From a virus (taxonomy: Duplodnaviria; Caudoviricetes): a stretch of 56,620 nucleotides of DNA. The notes beneath the pieces are model-generated. The model was given only the letters and a program-made list of their open reading frames with translations. It searched no databases and had not been told where the DNA came from. The stretch covers positions 1 through 56,620 of IMG/VR virus record IMGVR_UViG_3300027754_000112. One strand, 5' to 3'. Below are positions 9,430 to 20,700 of this stretch, in pieces; position 1 is the first letter of the stretch, and each line of letters starts with the position of its first letter. The position numbers were made by a program, and so were the translations under genes.

Positions 9430-11136
9430 ATGTATAGAACCAACAAAATTGGAAATTCATATTCCCAACTTAATAGTTCCACTTATTCGGGAACTCATAC
9501 TGAGTCGGATTTTTATGAAATGGAACCAGGCGTTGTTCTTGATATTATTCTTGACGATTCACATCCAATTTTTAAATCCCCAAACAATTATCCATCAATA
9601 AATCCAACAGATTGGCCAGACGATGTTTCTGGAAATCCTGCATTACAAACAGACAAAAATTTCACATGGATAGGACGTGTGTTGGTTCGTCCGTTGATAT
9701 CACAACAAGGTATAGACAAAGAAAAATTGACATGGGCCATTCCATTGGAAAACACTGGAATAGTAGAATATCCACTCGTAAATGAAACTGTAATTTTAGT
9801 GAATTACTTTAACACTTTATATTATTCACGAAAATTAAATATAAAGGGATTTGTAAATAACAATGTCGACTTTAAGAAGGAAAAAATTTCTGGATTAAAT
9901 TCTGGAAATAGAGAAATTGAAGTTTCAAATTCTGATAAGACTACTCCGTATCAAGGTCCGCTTTCTTATACCGTTTCAAAGAAATACAAAAATGTAGATA
10001 ATGTTGGTGTAATGGGAAGATATTTTTGGTCGAATAATAACATACGATCAATAAAAAAATATGAAGGAGATTCTGTAATTGAAAGTAGATTTGGACAAAG
10101 CATAAGATTCTCCGCATATGATTCGAATCGTAAAAATGATCAAAGTTCTCCTGAATACAAAGATTACGTAAATAAAGATAAATTAATAAATCCAAAATTT
10201 CCAGATTCAATAACCGGCGGCGGAAATCCCATGATTTTGATTAGAAACCGTCAACGTACAATAAAATTAGATACATCGGAAAAGAATACCGGAGGATTCG
10301 TTTCAGAAGATATCAATAACGACGGATCATCAATTCACATTACATCCGGATTAACAGAATCATCATTCACACCTACAATAAAAAAGACAATATTTCAAGA
10401 AGGAAAACAAGAAATTCCCGCATTTTCTCCATCTGGATGTACATCTTTCAAATTCCCGAAACTCATCGGAGATCAAATTATAATAAACAGTGACCGTTTG
10501 GTGTTTAGCAGCAAAGCAGAAGAAACTCTCCATTTTAGTAAAAAACGATATGGAATTATTACTGATAGTGAATATACGGTAGATGCACAAGACCAAATCG
10601 TAATTACATCCAATACAAAGACGGTATTAAATAGCCCAGCAATTTATTTGGGAGAATATAATAAAACAAGTGAACCAGCATTGCTTGGACAAACTACCGT
10701 TGATTGGTTGTATGATTTGTGTGATTGGATATTAAATCACATTCACGGACACCATCACGTTCATCCACATCCACATATACATCCGTTTCCACATATACAT
10801 CCACATCCACATACACATCCCGATACATCAATGCCAATCCCAATCAATACATCAATGCCAATCCCAATCGATACATTAATGCCAATCCCAATCGATACAT
10901 TAAGTGCCAATCCATATCAAACTCAAATATCGTTACAGCAAGAAAGTTTAGCAGCTTTACGGGATTCTTTGGGAAAAATTTTAAGTAAAAGAGTATTTAT
11001 AACAGGTGGGGGATACTCGCCTGGCAAATACATAGGACCATCGTTGAAAACTAAAATAAATACTTTTAGTGGAGAAGGAGTTCCTGGGGGTTATTTTGGT
11101 AAAAATAGAGGGCCAAATCCAACTACAAATATATGA
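9430..11136 (+). CDS. Baseplate hub/central spike protein (gp5/gpV-like)
   Basis: It has an OB-fold-like 'YPLVNETV' and 'GDSVIESRFGQSIRF', a beta-strand-rich C-terminal region and an HxH-rich tip. It lies upstream of the gp25/gp6-like genes. Confidence 0.6.
   Translation: MYRTNKIGNSYSQLNSSTYSGTHTESDFYEMEPGVVLDIILDDSHPIFKSPNNYPSINPTDWPDDVSGNPALQTDKNFTWIGRVLVRPLISQQGIDKEKLTWAIPLENTGIVEYPLVNETVILVNYFNTLYYSRKLNIKGFVNNNVDFKKEKISGLNSGNREIEVSNSDKTTPYQGPLSYTVSKKYKNVDNVGVMGRYFWSNNNIRSIKKYEGDSVIESRFGQSIRFSAYDSNRKNDQSSPEYKDYVNKDKLINPKFPDSITGGGNPMILIRNRQRTIKLDTSEKNTGGFVSEDINNDGSSIHITSGLTESSFTPTIKKTIFQEGKQEIPAFSPSGCTSFKFPKLIGDQIIINSDRLVFSSKAEETLHFSKKRYGIITDSEYTVDAQDQIVITSNTKTVLNSPAIYLGEYNKTSEPALLGQTTVDWLYDLCDWILNHIHGHHHVHPHPHIHPFPHIHPHPHTHPDTSMPIPINTSMPIPIDTLMPIPIDTLSANPYQTQISLQQESLAALRDSLGKILSKRVFITGGGYSPGKYIGPSLKTKINTFSGEGVPGGYFGKNRGPNPTTNI
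10738..10902 (+). repeat. His-Pro repeat (14 His) followed by a 24-bp repeat x3 (DTSMPIPI)
   Basis: HIHGHHHVHPHPHIHPFPHIHPHPHTHP, then DTSMPIPI NTSMPIPI DTLMPIPI. Confidence 0.9.
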
Positions 11137-11705
11137 TATCATTGCCACAACCTCCGTCTATAAATATTCAAAATCCACTTAGCGGAATTTCGAATAACGT
11201 TAATAATTTAATAAGTAGTACGTCTACAAACGTTTTAAATAAACTTCCAGACAAACGTGTTTCTGGTTTAAAATTTGAAAAACCAGATATAGACTGTGCA
11301 AAGTATTCATTAAATTCATTGAAAACTTTGCCAGGTCTACCATCAATATCAATTCCAAAATTAGGATTGCCTACTACAAAAGATCTTACTGATAGAGTAT
11401 CTCAATTTATACCACCCATTCCAAGTTTTACACTTCCATCTATACCCAATTTGCCAAGCATTCCCAATTTGCCAAATTTGCCAAGCATTCCCAATTTGCC
11501 AAGTTTTACACTTCCATCTATACCTCAAGTGTCAATTCCGAAGCTTCCTACGTTGGATTCTATAAATCCATTACCAATTGATCTTAAAGTCAATGCTTGG
11601 TTGGCAGAACCACCTAAATTAACAAGTCTTATTAAAAAATTACTACCAGCAAACCTACCCAATCTTCCAAAACCTCCATTTTTTTCTATAAAATGTTCTA
11701 AATAG
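11133..11705 (+). CDS. Proline-rich hypothetical protein (LPSIPN repeats)
   Basis: 190 aa; ATGA overlap with the spike gene; internal repeats at 11421-11524. Confidence 0.7.
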   Translation: MISLPQPPSINIQNPLSGISNNVNNLISSTSTNVLNKLPDKRVSGLKFEKPDIDCAKYSLNSLKTLPGLPSISIPKLGLPTTKDLTDRVSQFIPPIPSFTLPSIPNLPSIPNLPNLPSIPNLPSFTLPSIPQVSIPKLPTLDSINPLPIDLKVNAWLAEPPKLTSLIKKLLPANLPNLPKPPFFSIKCSK

Positions 11706-11710
11706 AAACA

Positions 11711-11814
11711 TTAACGAAACTAATCGGATGATGTAAGATATGTATATATTAAAGGTCGGAATTCCTATCCTAGGCTAAAGCCACGGCGGGGTTTTCTTCC
11801 TCCAAAAAGTATGA
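11711..11814 (+). mobile_element. Miniature IS200/IS605-like (TnpB omega-RNA-like) non-coding element, family A copy 1
   Basis: Homologous to 28868-28979: CGAAACTAAT.GG.TGATGT.AGATATGTATATA..TTAAAGGTCGGAATT.CTA.CCTAGG.TAAA.CCA..TTCCT.CAAAAAGTATGA. It has a GGCTAAAGCC hairpin and ends in the ATG of the next gene. Confidence 0.6.
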
Positions 11815-12344
11815 AAACAAGTGAATTCAAATCATTAATACAGTCTATAGTTCAATCGGAGTTGAATAAATCGTTACCATCGATGATTTCGCAAATTTTG
11901 ACAGAGATCTTATCCCACAAGTCAGAATCTCGTGTTTTGGATGAACAACTGGAAATACCAACGGTTGCGACAGTAAAGAAACAACCTGTTGTAGTCAAAA
12001 AGGAAGAAACTCGTCAATTTAAAAAATATACTAACAATGATATATTGAATCAGGTTTTGAACGAAACTGTAGGTGGAGTTCCAAGAGAAGGATCTTATGT
12101 TTCATTAACATCTCCGATGACGACTGGTGTGTTATCTCAGAGGTTTATTAACGATCCATCTAACGCAAGTTCTGTTGAACAATTAAATGAATCAGTGATA
12201 GTTCCTCCAACGCATACTCCTGTAAATGAAGAACAAGCAAAAGTGTTGGATGTAATAACCAGAGATTTTAGATCTTTGATGAAAGCCGTAGATAAAAAGA
12301 AAAAACAAGGTAATCTAAACAGTGGATTGGTTCAAACCGAATAG
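11811..12344 (+). CDS. Hypothetical virion-associated protein
   Basis: 177 aa with an 'MKTSEFKSLI' start and LNE/LDE motifs. Confidence 0.7.
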   Translation: MKTSEFKSLIQSIVQSELNKSLPSMISQILTEILSHKSESRVLDEQLEIPTVATVKKQPVVVKKEETRQFKKYTNNDILNQVLNETVGGVPREGSYVSLTSPMTTGVLSQRFINDPSNASSVEQLNESVIVPPTHTPVNEEQAKVLDVITRDFRSLMKAVDKKKKQGNLNSGLVQTE

Positions 12345-12349
12345 TATAT

Positions 12350-12799
12350 ATGGCATCTAAACCTACCCTTTTACCAAAATTGTCAAATAGTATTGGTTTG
12401 AAACCACAATCTACTATTGGATTGACTTTACCTTTACAAAGGGGCAACAATGGATATTTTTCGCAGTCATATGATTCCATCACACAAATAAGATCAAATT
12501 TATTGAATTTTTTTAAAACGAGACCGTCTGAACGACGTTTTAATCCGCAATTTGGAACGAGACTATATAATTACTTATTTGAACAAAATATTGATGGTTT
12601 TGATACGATTCTTCAAAATGTAATTCGGGAAGATATACAAACTTGGTTTCCAAATGTCTTTGTAAATAATATATTTTTAGATGTTTCCTCCGCACAAAAA
12701 GTTGGGGATGACAATAATTATATAGTTAGAATAAGTATACAATTTACAATTAATAACCAAACAAGTAGCTTTTCGTTTACTGCAACGAATAACATATAA
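12350..12799 (+). CDS. Baseplate wedge/sheath initiator, gp25-like
   Basis: 'NLLNFFKTRPSERRFNPQFGTRLYNYLFE' matches the GPW_gp25 family pattern. Confidence 0.85.
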   Translation: MASKPTLLPKLSNSIGLKPQSTIGLTLPLQRGNNGYFSQSYDSITQIRSNLLNFFKTRPSERRFNPQFGTRLYNYLFEQNIDGFDTILQNVIREDIQTWFPNVFVNNIFLDVSSAQKVGDDNNYIVRISIQFTINNQTSSFSFTATNNI

Positions 12800-12802
12800 A
12801 GT

Positions 12803-14782
12803 ATGGCAAATACAACACAAAAATCATTTCAACCTCAGAATAAGGATGTTAAATACCTTAATCGGGATTTTAATTCATTCAAACAAGGTTTGATTGATTT
12901 TGCCAAGAGTTATTATCCAACGAGTTATCAAGATTTCAGCGATGCATCACCCGGCACAATGTTCATTGAACAGGCAGCATATGTCGGTGACGTTCTTTCT
13001 TACTATATAGATTATCAATTCAAAGAAAGTCTTCTTCCATATGCAGAGGAACGTAAGAATGTTTTGACATTAGCTAAATATCTGGGATATAAACCATACG
13101 CATCAAAAGCAGCAACTACTCAAATTGAATTGTTTCAATTAGTTCCCTCAAAGACCGACGTTGATGGCAATCATATTCCCGACGAATCATATTGTTTGTC
13201 CATTCAACAATATATGCAATTGGAGAATACATCCGGACAAAACTTTTTGATTGCCGAACCAATTGATTTTTCCGTTGATACTTCATTTTCGTCCAGAGAC
13301 GTGTCGGTATATTCCAGAGATGCACTTGGGGTTCCTCAATTTTTCCTTCTCAGAAAGACGGCAGACGCATTCTCAGGTAAATTAGTTACAAAGACTATAT
13401 CCGTTGGTGCAGCGACTCCATTTTTTCATATTGAATTTGACGAAACAAATGTTTTAGAAATAATAGATATTGTTGATAGTAATAATAATAAGTGGTATGA
13501 AGTTGAATATTTAGCACAAGAAGTAATTTTTACTGAAATAGACAATAACGAAACTAACGATGGAACTTTTTATGTTTATAAAACTGAAGTTCCTAAGATA
13601 ATGAAGTCGTTAATGACCTCACGTAAGTTTACACGAAATATTACTGCCGGTAATACAACTTATTTGGAATTCGGAGCAAACACCGACAATGTTGGTGATC
13701 AAATCATATATCCCACCGCAGGTGTAGTTGGAATTGGATTAGCTAATATCAGAAATATTGATATATCCCTTGATAGTAGCAATTTCTTGAAAACCAATTC
13801 ATATGGCACGGCGCCTTCTAATACCACATTGACAATAACGTATGTTGTTGGTGGCGGACTATCATCCAATTGTAATGTAAATGAAATAGTAAGAATAAAT
13901 TCATATCAATTATTGAATGATGGAAGTTCTTTGAATCCATCTCAACAAAATTTATTTAATACGGTCAAACAAACTTTAAAAGCCAACAATTTTATTGCTG
14001 CAACTGGCGGAGCTGGTCAAGAAACTGTAGAAGAAATTCGTCAGAATGCTATAGCAACTTTTGCTTCTCAAAACAGAGCGGTGACCAAAGATGATTATGT
14101 TGTAAGAACATTTGGTATGTCACCCCAATTCGGAAGTATCGCAAAAGCATTTGTGAAATCCGATGCAGATTTGAACTTTGGATTACAAAAAGATGTAAGT
14201 GGATATGTTGATTATAATCAAAATGCAACTGCTACAACCAATGCAATTGAAAATTATTTTAGAAAAATAAATTATGATATTACCAATCCATTTTCAGTAA
14301 ATCTATATGTTCTTGGATATAACTCAAACAAAAACTTGACTCAAATAAATGATGCGTTGACCTATAACATCAAACAATATCTTTCAAAATATAGAATGTT
14401 AACTGACGGTATTAATTTGATTGACGGATATATCATAAATATTGGAGTTAATTTTAAAATTGTAACTTATAACAATTATAATAAAATAGATGTGTTGGAT
14501 CAATGTAATCAAACAGTTCAAGACTTTTTTGACATTGACAAATGGGGATTCTCACAACCAATAAATTTGAGTCAACTTCAATTAGAAATTGCAAAAGTTG
14601 ACGGAGTACAATCTGTTGCAAGTTTAGAAATTGTGAATCTTACATATGTTGATGGAAATTATTCTCCACATCAATACGACATATTAGGTGCTACAAAAAA
14701 TAATATCATTTATCCATCTTTGGATCCTTGTGTTTTTGAGGTTAAATTCCCAACCGTAGACATTCAAGGAAGCGTACTGTAA
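12803..14782 (+). CDS. Baseplate wedge protein, gp6/baseplate J-like
   Basis: Motifs 'YLNRDF', 'AYVGDVLSYY', 'LAKYLGYKP' and 'ATGGAGQETVEEIR..QNRAVTKDDY'. Confidence 0.9.
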   Translation: MANTTQKSFQPQNKDVKYLNRDFNSFKQGLIDFAKSYYPTSYQDFSDASPGTMFIEQAAYVGDVLSYYIDYQFKESLLPYAEERKNVLTLAKYLGYKPYASKAATTQIELFQLVPSKTDVDGNHIPDESYCLSIQQYMQLENTSGQNFLIAEPIDFSVDTSFSSRDVSVYSRDALGVPQFFLLRKTADAFSGKLVTKTISVGAATPFFHIEFDETNVLEIIDIVDSNNNKWYEVEYLAQEVIFTEIDNNETNDGTFYVYKTEVPKIMKSLMTSRKFTRNITAGNTTYLEFGANTDNVGDQIIYPTAGVVGIGLANIRNIDISLDSSNFLKTNSYGTAPSNTTLTITYVVGGGLSSNCNVNEIVRINSYQLLNDGSSLNPSQQNLFNTVKQTLKANNFIAATGGAGQETVEEIRQNAIATFASQNRAVTKDDYVVRTFGMSPQFGSIAKAFVKSDADLNFGLQKDVSGYVDYNQNATATTNAIENYFRKINYDITNPFSVNLYVLGYNSNKNLTQINDALTYNIKQYLSKYRMLTDGINLIDGYIINIGVNFKIVTYNNYNKIDVLDQCNQTVQDFFDIDKWGFSQPINLSQLQLEIAKVDGVQSVASLEIVNLTYVDGNYSPHQYDILGATKNNIIYPSLDPCVFEVKFPTVDIQGSVL

Positions 14783-14783
14783 T

Positions 14784-17255
14784 ATGCACACATTTATATA
14801 TCCATCAAAAGATTCATACATAACGAATGAAAATAGTTATGTTTATAAAAATTTTGGTATTGATGAAATTTTAGAATTGAAATCAGTTCCTCGATTGAAT
14901 AAACTTTTGAACTTATATACAAATGTTCCTGTAAGCGGAACATATTCAAATTCAATAAAAAATTTTAGTGGATCGTTCTACGGAACTATCAGTGGAAGCA
15001 ATATTTCTGTCGCAAAATTTGATATTTCATCAGCATTTTGCTCAGAATCATATGATTCATGTAGTTTATCAAGCAATTTTACGTGCATTTCTGTATTTTC
15101 CAATGCATTTACATCTTCTAATTTTAATGGAACAGTAACTGGTTCTTACAACGGAACACCCACTACTGGATCCATTCTAAGTGGGTTTAGCGGAAGCGTT
15201 AGTGGATTTGTAACCGGAAGTTCAACTGGATCATTTATGGGAACATTTTCATATGCATCCGGATCATTGACATCATTTAATGGAAGGTTGAGTGGAGTTG
15301 TATCTGGTACGATGGATGTGTATGAACCATATTATACTTACCATAATACCCCAGAATTGAGTAGAATATTAATCAAGTTTGATCTTTCAAGTCTTTCATC
15401 TTCACTTGCTACCGGAAATATTACTACAGATAATATAAAATTTAATCTGAAGTTGAAGGCCACTCAAACCGATGAGGTTCCTACCGATTATACAATTTAC
15501 GCATTTCCAGTAAGTCAAAGTTGGAATATGGGTACGGGTCGCTATTCCACCGGAGGAAACTCTATCGGAGTTAGTTGGAATTACACTAATGATGCAGGAA
15601 CTGATGCTGCTTATTGGTATGGAACTGGATCAAATAATTCCTATTCCACCGAACATAACTATTTTCTAACTCAAAGTTTTGCGACAGGTTCATTTTCAAA
15701 TCAAGGAGGAACATGGTATTATAGTGTTCCCAATTCATTTGTTCAACCTACATCAAGTGTAAAAACCGTATTTTTCAATACCGCAAGTTCTACTCCTACA
15801 TTTGAAACTCAATATTCATCGAGTCTATCATCAAGTTTGACTTCTAGTTTTTCTGGTTTCTTGTCATCAAGCTTAAATTTGATACTATCAAGTTCAGTGT
15901 TGTCAAGTTCAAATGCAGACACATCATACAATTTCATAAATTCTTTTGCAACGACTACATATACAAATACATCCGCGAGTATTTCAAGTTCACTTGCTTC
16001 AATTAATATATCAAGCTCGACATATCAAACTGAATACACTTCAAGTGTTCTATTCTTGAATAGTTTGTCGTCGAGTATACAAACAATATTGAGTGATTCT
16101 GCATCATTAGTAACGTATGATTCTCAATCATATCAATATATTCGTTCACTTTCAAGTAGTATATCACCTTCTACTATATATTCTGATTTGTATAATAGAA
16201 TCAATAACTTAGTAACCGCAAGTGTATCTTCTAGTGTATCTGCTTCGTATGTTTATAATGCATATACATCATTTGCTTCAAGTTTATCAAATCAACTTTC
16301 AGCAAGTTATTGGTATAGTTCAAGTGGATGTGTATGTGATCCAACAAATCAATCTGCAAGTTTTTCATCAAGTTTGTTGAATGAACAATTCTTGAGTTAT
16401 GTAAGTTCAAGTGAATCTGCTTCTATCATATCAAGTTATAATAGTTTATTGAATGCAACATTTTCATCGAGTGTTCTACAAGATTTTTCATCAAGTTTGA
16501 TCTCATATTTCAATCAAGGCATTTATAATTTACAAGTTTCCACTTCGGCAAGTGTAGCGTCATCTTTGACGCAATCATTTGCATCTAAGTTCTGTTCCAC
16601 ATTATCTACCGGAAGTTCTTTATTGTCATCACAGGCATTTAGTTATACAACGTCTGATATCAATATGGATATTACCAATGTTGTTAAAGGGTGGTTGTGT
16701 GGATGTGTACCAAATGAAGGTGTAATTTTGATGACTTCTCTTGAATTGTCTGGAATTGACAATATTAATGGAACTATCAAGTTCTTTGGCAAAGAGACCA
16801 ATACCATATATTCTCCATATTTGGATGTATCTTGGGACGACAGTGTATATAACACGGGAAGCATGCTTACTCTCAGTGGATATAATCCATATACAGTAGT
16901 TGTGAAGAATCTTAGTAGAGAATATAAATTTGGCTCTTTGGTTAGAATAAATCTATTTGCAAGAGAAAAGTCGCCTCTGAAGAATTTTGTTAAAGGCACT
17001 CAACAAAGTCAATATTTGAGTTCAAGTTTGTTGTCAACAAATACATATTACGCCATCAAAGACAACGAAAGTGAAAACATGGTGGTTGATTTTGATGATT
17101 ATACCAAGTTGAGTTGTGATGGTTCGGTTCATTATTTTAATCTCGATACAACAACTTTGCCAGTTGCTAGATATTATAGATTACTTATAAAAACAACAAT
17201 CAATGGAGAAGTTAAGATTTTTGATAACGGCAACATATTTACTATAACAAGATGA
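14784..17255 (+). CDS. Baseplate/virion structural protein with a large Ser-rich insertion
   Basis: It has 'KDSYI..NFGIDEILE', 'SRILIKFDL' and 'DINMDIT..V..W..NEG..TIYSPYL..WDD' (DNRLRE-like) split by Ser-rich tracts. Confidence 0.6.
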   Translation: MHTFIYPSKDSYITNENSYVYKNFGIDEILELKSVPRLNKLLNLYTNVPVSGTYSNSIKNFSGSFYGTISGSNISVAKFDISSAFCSESYDSCSLSSNFTCISVFSNAFTSSNFNGTVTGSYNGTPTTGSILSGFSGSVSGFVTGSSTGSFMGTFSYASGSLTSFNGRLSGVVSGTMDVYEPYYTYHNTPELSRILIKFDLSSLSSSLATGNITTDNIKFNLKLKATQTDEVPTDYTIYAFPVSQSWNMGTGRYSTGGNSIGVSWNYTNDAGTDAAYWYGTGSNNSYSTEHNYFLTQSFATGSFSNQGGTWYYSVPNSFVQPTSSVKTVFFNTASSTPTFETQYSSSLSSSLTSSFSGFLSSSLNLILSSSVLSSSNADTSYNFINSFATTTYTNTSASISSSLASINISSSTYQTEYTSSVLFLNSLSSSIQTILSDSASLVTYDSQSYQYIRSLSSSISPSTIYSDLYNRINNLVTASVSSSVSASYVYNAYTSFASSLSNQLSASYWYSSSGCVCDPTNQSASFSSSLLNEQFLSYVSSSESASIISSYNSLLNATFSSSVLQDFSSSLISYFNQGIYNLQVSTSASVASSLTQSFASKFCSTLSTGSSLLSSQAFSYTTSDINMDITNVVKGWLCGCVPNEGVILMTSLELSGIDNINGTIKFFGKETNTIYSPYLDVSWDDSVYNTGSMLTLSGYNPYTVVVKNLSREYKFGSLVRINLFAREKSPLKNFVKGTQQSQYLSSSLLSTNTYYAIKDNESENMVVDFDDYTKLSCDGSVHYFNLDTTTLPVARYYRLLIKTTINGEVKIFDNGNIFTITR

Positions 17256-17698
17256 TGATGTATCAAGAACAAATAAACAACTTTATTCATAACGGAACAT
17301 ATCAATATCAATTAGATACTTTTGGAAATCTCGTTGTGGATGAAAATAATCCTAATTTTTCTACTAAATATTTAAAAGTTGGATTGTATAACTCTAACTA
17401 TGATGTCAATAAGATTGAATCTCTTCTTCCTTCTGTAAAATTTGAAGAATTTATTCCTATGTTATCTACTCCTATAAATACAAATGTAAATACTTCCAAT
17501 AATTATGTTGAGTCCGTATTGGCAAGTGTTGGGTTCGAATTGGCAGCAGGTGGAACGAGTGAGCGTATTCCTTCACAAGTTATTCCTTCACAAGTTATTG
17601 CTGACCTTGACTATACTATACAACAATTGATCGCAGAACGAGATGATGCAAATACTAAACTAAACAACATTGTTGCAAAATTGACTCCGCCATCATAA
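17252..17698 (+). CDS. Hypothetical protein
   Basis: 148 aa; overlaps the upstream stop; contains a 15-bp repeat at 17566-17599. Confidence 0.7.
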   Translation: MMMYQEQINNFIHNGTYQYQLDTFGNLVVDENNPNFSTKYLKVGLYNSNYDVNKIESLLPSVKFEEFIPMLSTPINTNVNTSNNYVESVLASVGFELAAGGTSERIPSQVIPSQVIADLDYTIQQLIAERDDANTKLNNIVAKLTPPS

Positions 17699-17701
17699 TT
17701 T

Positions 17702-20700
17702 ATGAATTTTCCATATCCATTGGTAAGCACATTCACAAGTAGTTTCAATACGGCGTCATATTTTAGTGCGGATGATGTAAACAATTATAATCAGAATACA
17801 GATAACCCGGATATTTTCTTCGGTAAGTCTGATAGAGATGTTGTTGAGTTTTCTTATTTTAATACCATTGGCGAACAAAACGGATGGATAAAAAAAACTC
17901 CAGATGTAAAATATCTATCTCAAGTTGGTATATATAAAGATGTAGATGAAACCCAATTTACTTATAACTATCGTAAAGTAAAAACCAATTATATTGATTA
18001 TCAAAACAATTTTTTGATGGATGTTGGTTCGGATTTATCATCATCAAATGTTTTTGATGGACAACATATCGTATCATATAATTTTACAAGAACAGTAGCG
18101 GGCAGTCAAAGTTATCCACTGATAATATCAGACATTTCTCCTTCAAGAACTGAATTAAAGTTGATTCCAACTTTTCAAAAACAATCTACTGATAAAAATG
18201 TTTTTTATGAAAATCTTCATTATGAATCATTTTGTAGAAAATTGGTGTTAATAGAAGATGTAGTTGAACTGATCGCTACGTCCCTTGACAATTTTAATTG
18301 TGAAGATAATTACAAATCATATTCACAGTCAAATCCATCGGATATTACAAATTTTAAAAATACATTCGCATTCAAATCTGATGCTGATGCTATATTATTG
18401 ATAAACGCAATTTACGATGGATCTCTAAAACTTGAGTTGGATTTGTTTAATAATACCACAATCAAAAATTTATTTGGCGTTAAAAACTATATTAAATACT
18501 GGTTATATACATATTCAAAAAATATATTAAGTTTCCAAGAACTCAATCAACAAATTAAATACATAGTTCAAAAAGAGTATTTAAATCAACTTGATGTAAT
18601 TAATATTTTTAATGGAGATCTTACAAATAATTTACAAATTGTTTCTACAATCGTATATGACAATTTTGTACAATTAGTATTAAATGTAATTGAAAATGTA
18701 TTCTTAAATAAATTCCATTCGTATTATAAAAACGCATTAAACTTCGGAAATGGTGTAGTATTTAAGTTCGTCGATCATTCATTTTCATCAAAAAGTGAGA
18801 GTGAATCAAAACACATAGAATTACTAGTCAAACTTGATAGTCCGTTGTCATTTGATTATGCAGTAAAAACCAAATGTTGGATTTCTAACATTAGTATAGC
18901 TCCAATTGTTCAAAATGTTATTTTGATTCCTTTAAAGACAGTTCCACAGTATAAAATCAGTGGACCTGATTTTTCTGCAAAAATCAATAATGCAAACAAA
19001 TACGGTTATAATAATATCGGCTCGTTAGATCAAAATTTATCCGATACTACACTATCTCAAATCAATATAATTGATAAATTAAAAAATTTAAATATTGATT
19101 ATAGTAAATTTGAAAACTTTGTAATATTCTCTTCTGCGGCGATTAGAATTAAAATATTTAAGAATAAACTTGAATCTATAAACAATACAAACGTTCAGAT
19201 TCAAACTTTATCTGATGCGGCTACATCTAGTAATACAATAATTTCTGCGTCATATTCGTCTGACATTCAATCTCTACAAAATAACATACTTTCAATTCAA
19301 AATTCATTTGATGGATACGAATCATATTTGTATACCGACCAATCATTGATTCAAGGATCACTGTCTGATACCAATTCAAATTATCACAACTACATTCTTG
19401 ATGCGGAAAATTATGATATTCAAAATATCGATAGTTTGGTAAATAACACACCGGAATATTTGAAGTTAAATGAAGATAATAATGATTATCTATTGTTCTT
19501 GTCAATGGTAGGACATCACTTTGATAACATATATCAATATATAAAATCTTTTCCAGTTTTAAATAAATTCACATCAAGCGAAGATTATCTTCCTGATTTG
19601 GTTTACTATATGTTAAAGACTTTCGGTTGGAACACATCAACTGACTTTGCTAATAAAAGTACACTCTTATCTTATTCATCGGATTCATCGGATTCATCGG
19701 CAGTTTCAGCAAAAAACAAGAATGAAATTATTTGGAAACGAATTTTAGATAGTCTTCCACAAATTTATAAAACAAAAGGTACGGAAGAATGTATCAATTT
19801 GTTATTATCTTGTTATGGAGTTCCGTTAAATATTTTAAGTATTCGTGAATTTGGAGGAAATGATATATTCCAAAGTAACAAAACGAGTTATGTATATGAC
19901 GCAAAGTATTATTTTACCAAATACCAATCTGGTAAGGAATATGTAAAAATTCCATATACGTCGTCGGCAAAGTCTCTGGAATTCACTTTCAAAACAGAAA
20001 AGAGTTATGTCCAAAATCAAAGAATAAATTTGGTAACTAAAGACACGTGTTGGAATCTTTCTTTGTTAAAATCCAAAGTTGATAATTATGGCGATATAAT
20101 TTTCAATATACAAAACAAGTCAATGAAAATAGAAAATGTCCCTATATTTAAAGGCGACAATTTCTATAATGTATTGTTGAGAAGAAATTCAACTTCATCG
20201 TTCCTTGATACAAATTCAAACGAAAATTATATTCCTACGCAATATGATTTGGTTGTCAAGTCATACGATGGTGATCGTGAAGTGTTTAATCACTCTTCAA
20301 GTATAGTTTTAACCAAAACATACAATGAAATATTTTCGCAAGACGGATATTTATATTTTGGAAATTATCCTACATCAAATAAGAATTTCACTGGGTTGTT
20401 GGATAAAATTAATTTGATACAAAATCCAATTTCGAATGAATATTTCTCCGAATATTCAAGAAACTATAATTTCTACGGAAACAACGATGTCACTAACACT
20501 TGGAACGATCTTGTTTTTAGATATAATTTTGAATATCCTATTAATTTGGCATCATCAAGTATTAGCAGACCTTATACAGAGGCTACCGTGGCAGCGTGGG
20601 GGGATAATAGCGAAGGGCAGAGGACAGTGCCTGCCGGGCTGACCGACATTACTGCAATCGCAGCCGGTGACAAGCACACGGTGACATTGAAGAGCGATGG

